Of a DNA stretch of 64,000 nt, positions 53,539 to 61,642 are shown in pieces. How positions within the stretch are numbered: the stretch's first letter is position 1; each line of letters opens with the position of its first letter. The notes under the pieces were generated by a model, which was given only the letters and a program-made list of their open reading frames with translations, was not told where the DNA came from and made no database searches. The position numbers and the translations under genes are program-made. Origin of the DNA: Candidatus Bathyarchaeota archaeon (GTDB lineage: Archaea; Thermoproteota; Bathyarchaeia; Bathyarchaeales; Bathycorpusculaceae). The stretch spans positions 1,856,001 through 1,920,000 of the forward strand of contig OY970340.1 of NCBI GenBank assembly GCA_963717465.1, in the 5' to 3' direction.

Positions 53539-55637
53539 ATGGAAGAAAACAAATTGCTTTCCACCAAGATGGTTTCAGAGCTGAACCACTATAGATTGTC
53601 GATTGCACTAAAATTCATCGTTATAACCATAACTGTAGTAGCATTGTACCTCCAAGACTTAAACATGATCTTCACGGGTGCTTTAACCAACGAATCAAGC
53701 TACTACATACTTGCAATCCTATTCCTCTTCGGTTACTTAATATACCGAAAAAGGAAAATGATTGCCGCCGCCATTCAAATTCCTCAAACAAGCACACGCG
53801 GATTCCAAAAATACTTCAGCACACTAGCTGGCATATCATTAAGTGCAGTCGCTATACTCTCATACTGGTATGGAAGCTACACCTTCACACCACTAGAATA
53901 TCACATGCTTACCCTGCCTTTTCTAACAGCAGGATTAATCTTAATATTATTCAACACTCAGACACTAAAACAATTACTTTTCCCCATAGCATTCCTCATA
54001 TTCCTCACACCTCCCCTTGACGAAATCCTTTACGGCACTCGGATCAACACTCGCAAACCTAAGTGCATCAGCATCAAATGCCCTTGCAAACCTGTTCGGA
54101 ATACACTCAATACTCTCTGCCAGCAACGTAGGCCCCATAATAACCCTCATCAAATCAAATCAAACAATCTTATCCTTTAACGTAACTGTGGCTTGCTCAG
54201 GAATCTACAGCATCATAGGCTTCGCAATATTTGCACTATTCATAGCCTACATCACCCGCGGTAAACTACGCAACAAATTAGCTATCCTTATCATGGGCAT
54301 TCCACTAATTATGGCACTGAACATAATTCGCATAACAACAGTTCTTGCAATAGGCTATAACTTCGGCGAAGATTTAGCACTACAAGTTTTCCATGCAATA
54401 GGCTCCACAGTGCTAATGTTTTTAGGTACACTTTTGCTGCTGGCTATAACAGAGAAAACATTCAAACAACCAAAGCCGCCACAACCTTGCCTAACATGCA
54501 ACCCGACCCAGACAAACCCAGCCGAACCATTCTGCCCCAGTTGCGGAAAACTCTTCAAACTCCCAAAAACAAAACTCAACAGAGCAGACATCGCAAAAAT
54601 CGCAGGCATCGCTATAATCGTAGTTATGCTTTTATCTATTCAAGCGCCCGTATTCGCCCTAACGCAAGGCCCAGCCCAGGTCATAACCCAAACACCATCA
54701 GGCATCCAAGTTAACACATCAAACTCCCTGCTCCCAAACATCACAGGATACACACTAAATTACCTCTACCGCGACACGCAATTTGAACAAGAATCAGGCG
54801 ATGACGCAGCACTAGTCTACTCCTATGCCTCACCTAACCCAACAACATCACCCATATGGGTAGCCATACAAATAGCCGCCAGCATAACATCCGAACACCG
54901 ATGGGAAACCTGCCTCATCAATTATCCACTCAGCCAAGGAAATCCGGCAACGGTAAACCAACTGGACCTTAGAGATATTCAAATTCAAGATAACCCTCCC
55001 TTAACGGCACGATACTTCGCCTTCCAATACAAAGACACGAACCAAACCCAAGTTATTCTCTACTGGTACGAAACAGCCACATTCAACACAAACGGCACAG
55101 CACAAACAAAAAGCGTAATGATCAGCTTAATTGTGTACCCATCGTCTAATCAAAGCATTTCAGACGCTGAGGCCCAGCTACTGCCAATTGCCAACGCCAT
55201 TAACAACTACTGGAATCCAATACAAACCTGGAGTACAATCGCATTAAGCATCAGCCAAAACGGACTTGCCTTCTCAGCAGGCGCAACCGCCATTCTTGTT
55301 CTACTCATAATCTACGCTGTATACTTAGATAGAAAAGAGAAACTTTTTCTCTTAAACCACTACCAAAAACTCTCAACACCAAACCAACTCATAATAAAAG
55401 CAGTAACCAACGCCCAAAAACAAGGAAACCCAACAACCGAAGGCATAATTACTGAGCTGCAAAAATTAACACAAACAACTGTTGATAAAACATGGCTCAC
55501 AGAAAAACTCACGGAAGCCCAAAACGCCGAACTAATCAAGCAAACACTAGCTGAACAAGAATGACGAACCCCGTATCCAATGGGAAAACCAGGTCCCTCA
55601 GAACACTAGCTTTGCCAGCAAACTTTTCCATTTCTGA
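53539..55637 (+). CDS. Exosortase/archaeosortase-family transpeptidase with fused extra domains; frameshifts near 54035 and 55550
   Basis: LLFPIAFLIFLTPP, catalytic ACSG (Cys), NIIRI (Arg), FH (His); downstream CxxC/CxxC, HRWETC and LYWY. Confidence 0.87.
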
Positions 55638-55736
55638 AGAATATTGGTTCTAAAGAGAAATTATAAAGCGCGCTATAGATAAGTATGTATAGTTTTTCAT
55701 GCTCCTTTATAAGCAACCGACTTTTTAACTTAAAAA

Positions 55737-56297
55737 ATGATGGTCTGTCGAATGAGAGGGGCGAACTTAAGTAAAACCGCTTTATTGATAATTTTAAGTA
55801 TTGCTATTATTGCACCCTTGATGATAAACGTTGTACACGCTGGCACAGGCACGGCTAATACTGTTGGCCAAGTATGGTTGGATGCCCAGCAGAATGATCC
55901 GACTGGTCAATATTGCATCAGTCAAGCCTCTGTTGGACAAACAGTTTACATATATTGGGGCCACATAACGCCCCCATCAGGTACAGTAAAAATTGTTGTA
56001 ACACCCTACGACGAGGATGGAAATGCTTTGACACCAATACAACTTGGCATCTTGAGTCCTTCAGCTTCGGGGACGACGGCAGCCTCTTTTGTTGTTCCTA
56101 ATACACCTAATGGTTACTGCGATGTTTCGCTATATGGACAAGCTACCAAAAAAGCAACCTTACGAGTTGTTGCCAGTGTGACACTGTTTGTTCTGCCCGA
56201 AAGCACATTTGGAACGTTAGCTGCGTTAGGAGCAGGCTTAGCAGCTTTCGCTGTCTATAAGAAACGAAACAGCCTCCCACACTTATATAGAGCCTAA
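55737..56297 (+). CDS. Secreted protein with PEP/PEF-CTERM-like sorting signal
   Basis: Signal peptide ending VHA; C-terminus FVLPES-TFGTLAALGAGLAAFAVY-KKR. Confidence 0.82.
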   Translation: MMVCRMRGANLSKTALLIILSIAIIAPLMINVVHAGTGTANTVGQVWLDAQQNDPTGQYCISQASVGQTVYIYWGHITPPSGTVKIVVTPYDEDGNALTPIQLGILSPSASGTTAASFVVPNTPNGYCDVSLYGQATKKATLRVVASVTLFVLPESTFGTLAALGAGLAAFAVYKKRNSLPHLYRA

Positions 56298-56494
56298 AAA
56301 AACATTTTCTTTAAAATTAGAATAATTCTAATTTTCTAAAAAAGTTTTATTGGTTCTTTAAAACATCTTTAGCATACGCACAATTACTTAGACTTTGCCA
56401 ATATCTATCGTCGCATTTTTTTCTTGTCATCTAGTAATTTAACTCTTACATTTTTAATACGTTTATATCGTGATATTTAGTTAAATTTGGTGCT

Positions 56495-57004
56495 ATGGTG
56501 AATATGGCTGGAAATCCCCAAGTTCTTGCGATAGCGATCACAGTATTTGTAGCATTTAGTCTGCTTTTTCAGGTTGGGTGTTTGGCTCAAACCGATCAAA
56601 CACAATCAAAACTTCAAGCAGCTGATACTGCAGTTGATCAAGCATTCAGTGCTGTTTCTGCTGCTGAGAAAGCTGGCGTAAATGTGACAAGCTTACTTAT
56701 CCAGTTAAATAATGCAACTAGGTTGTTAGGTCAAGCAGAAAACGCTTATGCAACTGGTGATAACAGTACGGCTATCAGTGATGCGAACGCTGTTTTGCCC
56801 ATTGCAAATCAAGTTTTAACAGAGGCACAGACAGCAGATTCATCTGCTTCCGTTTCATCTCAGAATAATTTCGAATTAACCATTGCACTAACAATTGTTG
56901 CAGCCGCGCTTTTTATCGTAGATCTGATTCTAAGTTGGGACCTGTTTAAGGATTACTATATTAAGCGTTTACTTAAGGCAAAGCCTAAGGTTGATGCTCA
57001 ATGA
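56495..57004 (+). CDS. Exported helical protein with C-terminal TM anchor
   Basis: Signal peptide, AEKAGVNVTSL helical bundle, C-terminal TM then KAKPKV. Confidence 0.78.
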   Translation: MVNMAGNPQVLAIAITVFVAFSLLFQVGCLAQTDQTQSKLQAADTAVDQAFSAVSAAEKAGVNVTSLLIQLNNATRLLGQAENAYATGDNSTAISDANAVLPIANQVLTEAQTADSSASVSSQNNFELTIALTIVAAALFIVDLILSWDLFKDYYIKRLLKAKPKVDAQ

Positions 57005-57600
57005 AGCTAAGCGACTTTCAACTCATTTTTATCGCCGCTGGTTTGATTGGCGTGTTGCTGATTGCTTCTCCTGCTCTTGCTAGCTTAATCCATTTGCCAA
57101 GTGGCGAAGCGTTTTCTGAACTTTACCTTTTAGGCCCAAATAACATGGCTGGGGATTACCCTTTTAACATTGAGGTTGGACAGAACTATCTAGTTTATGT
57201 AGGTGTTGGCAACAATCTGGGTTCATCAGCTTACTACGTCATAGAAGTGAAGCTCTTGAATGGAACGAGCTTGTTGCCAGACTCCTCAGCTGGGACGCCT
57301 AGTCCGGCTCAGTCGCTCTATGAATATCGGTTTGTGCTTCAGGATGGAGCTACCTGGGAGGCTCCTTTGAATTTTTCCATTGTCGATGGTTCAATCTCAG
57401 GGCTCAATTCTCAAATTAACGTTTTGCAGATTAACGATGTCACGTTTACCGTGGGGACCTCTGCCTTGTGGAATTCGAATTCAACGGTGTTTAACTACCA
57501 ACTTTTGTTTGAACTGTGGCTCTATAATAATTCTTCAGGCGCAGTTGATTATAATAATCGTTTCGTGGATTTGCAATTAAACTTCACTGGACCAACTTAG
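57001..57600 (+). CDS. DUF1616-like protein
   Basis: EAFSELYLLG..AGDYP, VGVGNN, L..GATWE, LLFELW. Confidence 0.82.
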   Translation: MKLSDFQLIFIAAGLIGVLLIASPALASLIHLPSGEAFSELYLLGPNNMAGDYPFNIEVGQNYLVYVGVGNNLGSSAYYVIEVKLLNGTSLLPDSSAGTPSPAQSLYEYRFVLQDGATWEAPLNFSIVDGSISGLNSQINVLQINDVTFTVGTSALWNSNSTVFNYQLLFELWLYNNSSGAVDYNNRFVDLQLNFTGPT

Positions 57601-57735
57601 CTCGTACACAGATTCGATTATTCTTTCTGAGTTTTGGAATCGACGTTAAGGTTCATTTTTAAGAGCCACTTACTTAACCCAAAGCGTTTTCCTTCTGATA
57701 ACATCGAATCAACTCAATTAAGAGAGGTGAAAATT

Positions 57736-58074
57736 GTGAGTAAAAACCAAGCGTTAGGCGGGATTATACTCGCTGTCTGCATTATAGTAGCAGTAGGATA
57801 CATCATTTTGGTAGGTGCTCCATCATACTTGGGCCTTGACACTGCCACCGTTAGACTTGACGCCGTCCTCATTCTAGTATCCATAGCATTCATCGTCATC
57901 CTTGCCATCGGTGCATGGCTAGGCTACACGATGGCAACAACTCCACCGCCAAAACCCATAGAACCAAAACCCATAAAACAAATCACCACCGAAACAAAAA
58001 AAGAAACCGAAACAAAAAACAAAACACAAAAACAAACAGAGTCAGAAGACAAAACACAAGAATCCAAACCATAA
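57736..58074 (+). CDS. Conserved small archaeal 2-TM protein
   Basis: GAGGTGA ribosome-binding site before GTG; WLGYTMATTPPPKPIE then a charged tail. Confidence 0.8.
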   Translation: MSKNQALGGIILAVCIIVAVGYIILVGAPSYLGLDTATVRLDAVLILVSIAFIVILAIGAWLGYTMATTPPPKPIEPKPIKQITTETKKETETKNKTQKQTESEDKTQESKP

Positions 58075-58102
58075 CAAAAACCCAAACACACGCGTCTCTA
58101 CG

Positions 58103-58214
58103 AAGTTTTTCTAAAAGAAATCATTAAATTTTCGTGTCTCCAGTTATTCTGCTGTCAAGATCACGCAGCAACTGGAAACACCTAAAGCCAACTATGAGCT
58201 TTAAATACATAATT
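58103..58214 (-). repeat. Structured repeat copy A (candidate small RNA; hairpin 58134-58181)
   Basis: Aligns over ~110 bp with 59939..60053; minus-strand stem GUGUUUCCAGUU/AACUGGAGACAC. Confidence 0.8.
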
Positions 58215-58290
58215 AGCGCGTGGAAGCCTAAGAGGGAAAAATGCTATTCCTGTGTCATGGCGCCAAAACGTCGGTTCAGCGTGCATAACG

Positions 58291-58998
58291 CTAAGAGAGC
58301 TTCTTTAGCTTCTTTAAGACTTCTTCCCTTGTCCTTTCAGTGAACTCTGAGGTGACAAATGTCCCTTTCCATGAGTCCAAGAATCGTTTATCGGAAATAT
58401 CTGAAATTATAAGTTTTAGGTTCTTCACAATAATCTCAGGGTGGGCTAGAGTCTTCTTTGCCTCTTCCTTCAGATTATCGGGAATGCCATTTTTCCATAC
58501 CAGTGTAGCAATGTCTCTTATGTCGCTGGGTCTCGCAGACATTAGCTTTAGAATCAGATAATCGGTGTAATCCGGAACATACATATCGATAGTTTTTTCA
58601 GCGACGGCGATCTTCACTTTCGTGGCTTTTTGCATAAATTTTTCGGTTAAAAAGAATATCTGCTCGTCTAATCTTCCTCTTACTTCGCCTTCCATAAAAT
58701 CCATGGATATCTTGGCATTTGCCTCTAGCAGCTTTACACACCTAAGGAACCCGTAGCTACCCCGCTTCTCAAAAGCCTCAGCGCTCATGTCTTTGGATAG
58801 CATCTTTTGTATTTTATCTATGTTCCAGCCATCTGATTTCTTGAGAACAAAGTCGCAATCCCGTGTATATCGGGAAAATGACGTGAAAGCCCGAAGAGCA
58901 TAGCCACCAATCAAGACCATTTTGGGGTTTTCAAAAGAGACGGTCTTTTCTGATAGCTGATCAATGATCTTGCCGATTTCAACCTCTCTCAGGTTCAT
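58291..58998 (-). CDS. AbiEii/DUF1814-like nucleotidyltransferase toxin
   Basis: LIGGYAL..RYTRDCDF, LILKL..RPSDIRDI. Confidence 0.8.
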   Translation of the reverse strand: MNLREVEIGKIIDQLSEKTVSFENPKMVLIGGYALRAFTSFSRYTRDCDFVLKKSDGWNIDKIQKMLSKDMSAEAFEKRGSYGFLRCVKLLEANAKISMDFMEGEVRGRLDEQIFFLTEKFMQKATKVKIAVAEKTIDMYVPDYTDYLILKLMSARPSDIRDIATLVWKNGIPDNLKEEAKKTLAHPEIIVKNLKLIISDISDKRFLDSWKGTFVTSEFTERTREEVLKKLKKLS

Positions 58999-59011
58999 AA
59001 TTTCAAGGTGA

Positions 59012-59722
59012 TTAACCAAGTTCAACAACCTTCTCGACTGCTTCATCAATTTCTCTTTTCACAAAGTCATCTTCCAATTTTGTCTCTCTGTGCGGAAATT
59101 CAACCCCGCCTAACTCGCCCAACTGATGAAAACCATACTCTAAAGCCTGTTTAGCCCTAACATTTGTCTTTGAAATTCTCTTCCAATAAGATTCCTTGTA
59201 CAACCTGTCCAAACTTATCTTGTCCTTGTTCTCGTATAAGACGGCAAAGGCATCTGTGAAAGCCCATTTCTTTAAGCATTCGATTACATTCTCTTCAATA
59301 TCCTCAACAAGCAAGTTTCCAACTTTCCGATACTTGATCTTGGATGCATCTTTCGAGTATTCGACTTCAACATTCCAGCCTTTCTTTTTGGCGAATTCTT
59401 TCAACGCTTTCCCATAGGACTTGTCTTTAACTTTCAAAACATAGACATCCCTGTGAATGAAATCATTATTCCAGAAAGACGCCGCAGTCTGAGCGGAGAC
59501 GACTTTAAAATTTTTGTCTTTTTCTAAGAAATCCCAGATGTCTTTAACTTCGGCAGGAATCCAGTACCATCCCCACTTGACCCTTTCTATTGATCCTTCT
59601 TTGGCTAATTTGTTCAAGTATTCCTTGGCGTTTGGCTCAATGTTTTTTATGGAGTTAACTCTAACTAAACTTCCTTTGAAGGGCCTCAATTTCTCATTAA
59701 ACTCAGCCAAGTATTCGGGCAT
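59012..59722 (-). CDS. AbiEi-like antitoxin (N-terminal wHTH)
   Basis: YLNKLAKEGSIERVKWGWY, VSAQTAASFW; directly upstream of the nucleotidyltransferase. Confidence 0.72.
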   Translation of the reverse strand: MPEYLAEFNEKLRPFKGSLVRVNSIKNIEPNAKEYLNKLAKEGSIERVKWGWYWIPAEVKDIWDFLEKDKNFKVVSAQTAASFWNNDFIHRDVYVLKVKDKSYGKALKEFAKKKGWNVEVEYSKDASKIKYRKVGNLLVEDIEENVIECLKKWAFTDAFAVLYENKDKISLDRLYKESYWKRISKTNVRAKQALEYGFHQLGELGGVEFPHRETKLEDDFVKREIDEAVEKVVELG

Positions 59723-59726
59723 AGTT

Positions 59727-59795
59727 GTTCACCTTTTATTATTGTTTGGCAAACTACTTAAGGATATTCGTTCACCTTTTTGCATATATTGGCAA
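59727..59795 (-). promoter_or_regulatory. Two direct repeats GTTCACCTTTT-N8-TTGGCAA (candidate autoregulatory operators)
   Basis: Copies at 59727-59752 and 59770-59795, 43-bp period, flanking a TTAAG TATA-like box. Confidence 0.6.
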
Positions 59796-59806
59796 GGTCA
59801 GCCAGA

Positions 59807-59865
59807 TACGTCAACTACACGGGCGCTAACTTAAATTACGTCAACTACACGGGCGCTAACTTAAA
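59807..59865. repeat. Perfect 29-bp tandem duplication
   Basis: TACGTCAACTACACGGGCGCTAACTTAAA at 59807-59835 and 59837-59865. Confidence 0.95.
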
Positions 59866-59938
59866 CCATAACTAAAAATCTAACAAAACCGAAAAGCGCA
59901 AACCACAACAAAAACTAAAGCACACTTAACCACCGACC

Positions 59939-60053
59939 AAGTTCTCATAAAAAAGTTACATTTCATTTTTTGTATCTCCAGCCATTCCGCCGTCAAAATA
60001 CACGGCGACTGGAAACACCCAACGGAGACTCTGACCTTCAAAGACTCATAATT
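59939..60053 (-). repeat. Structured repeat copy B (candidate small RNA; hairpin 59972-60018)
   Basis: Minus-strand stem GUGUUUCCAGUC/GGCUGGAGAUAC, upper stem GCCG/CGGC. Confidence 0.8.
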
Positions 60054-60227
60054 TTCATTTTATTCAAAATTCAAAACGAACAATTTACCTCAATTTTCAA
60101 CTCATAGAACCCGAACTCCACGCGACATTGTCTTCACATATTCGTATGCTTCCAAAGCGCACTACCTTTTTTCAAGCTTCTCCACGACGTAAAAGCCAAA
60201 GCGCTCTTAAATCAACTGTTTAAAATG

Positions 60228-61013
60228 TTAAATTTCAGAAAAACTTTCGTTCCAGAGACTTTTAAAGTAGAATTCACACAAAGCAAGAATGCACTTGTTG
60301 CTTGACATAAAGACTGTTGCATCAAAATTTTCTCCTGGTTTAGTGTTAATTACAGCTTGTTCTCCATCAAATATTCCAATTGTAGTTATAGGCGTTTCTT
60401 TAGTATACCTTAACTGAAAATTCCTAGAGCGAAATGCATCCTCATACACTGTATTTTTTAATTTCTCGTTCGAAAAAGATACTATAACTCTGAAATCTGC
60501 ATTCCTAGATAATGCTTCACCTAAAGCTTTCTGATAATCAAGAGGCGGCGAAACAACTTGTGCAGTAGGAATAATAGCATAAACACTTTTTCTGGCAGAT
60601 TTAATCATCTGTGCACTTTTAATGTAAAACACTTCTCTAGGAATAATGCTAATGGTAAATTCGTCAGGTTCCTTCTGCTTCCCATGTTTTTCGCCTACAT
60701 GTTGAATAAGAATAGGAATCCTTTTTTTAATTTCAGCAAGCTCCCTCATTTTACTTTGCATTAAAATCGACGTGGACGCCTCCAAAGGCGTTGCTCGATA
60801 TTTAGTCGGCTTACCAACAAGTCTCTCTACAAGTTGAAGCCCTTCAAGCTGCGCAATTATCCGGTAAACATCCGGTCTTGAAACTTTAGAAATGCTAGAA
60901 ACTTCTCTTGCAGAACTCATCTGTCGCATTAAAAGCGCCAAATATATTTTTGCTTGCGAAGTACTCAAGCCAAGATCTACAAGTGTTGATAGAGACTCGT
61001 CGTCACTAGTCAT
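60228..61013 (-). CDS. TrmB-family transcriptional regulator
   Basis: LGLSTSQAKIYLAL, VSRPDVYRI, IFDGEQ, YFKSLW. Confidence 0.88.
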   Translation of the reverse strand: MTSDDESLSTLVDLGLSTSQAKIYLALLMRQMSSAREVSSISKVSRPDVYRIIAQLEGLQLVERLVGKPTKYRATPLEASTSILMQSKMRELAEIKKRIPILIQHVGEKHGKQKEPDEFTISIIPREVFYIKSAQMIKSARKSVYAIIPTAQVVSPPLDYQKALGEALSRNADFRVIVSFSNEKLKNTVYEDAFRSRNFQLRYTKETPITTIGIFDGEQAVINTKPGENFDATVFMSSNKCILALCEFYFKSLWNESFSEI

Positions 61014-61642
61014 AGCGTTTCACCTTTGCAAGCTACTATACTATTCAAATAGTTATAAGCGGCTCGTTAGCTCAAGCACAATTTCCATGCCTTTTTTCAT
61101 TTGCCAGCACAATTACTAGCAATCCATTAAACAGTTAGCAACAATTTTGGATAATAAAACCACATCCAAAAAGATTAGCTCCAAACTATGTTAAAACGTT
61201 CCATCACTCTAACTAACAATGCATGAAATTTTAAAGAATCAAATCAGCCAAACCGAGTTTTAAAGTTTGCTTAAGCGTATCTTGCTTTGGAAAAAACATT
61301 AAAAGTAATTCAAGAATTGTATGTGGAAAGACAACTTACAAAGGTATATAAACCATATTCAATAATCCTTGAACGCTCTTTAACTACAACAAAGAGAGCC
61401 CAGCGCTTCTTCCCTCCTTAGCGCTGTAATTTTTCTTATTCAATTTTAATTCAAATTGATACAATTTATTTTATAAAAGATTTATTACGGAAGATTTAAA
61501 TCAAATACTGATGCTCCATGAAAGCTTAAGTGCATAATATGATGCTTGGCAAGTGGATAAGAGATCATATTTTACGCGATTTTGAAAAAATAGTGAAAGG
61601 ATATGATAAATTCTGGTTGACCGTTTAATCCTTAGCAAAGCT

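Noticed and set aside
59807..59865. 29-bp repeat pair as a CRISPR array
   Set aside because: Only a 1-nt spacer, two copies and no cas genes.
58134..60018. Hairpin repeats as canonical integron attC sites
   Set aside because: No RYYYAAC/GTTRRRY pair closing the stems and no integrase in the window; nearby GTTATGC and GTTAGCG lie outside the hairpins.
60070..60210. Possible gene remnant beside repeat copy B
   Set aside because: Short, interrupted frames with no assignable family.
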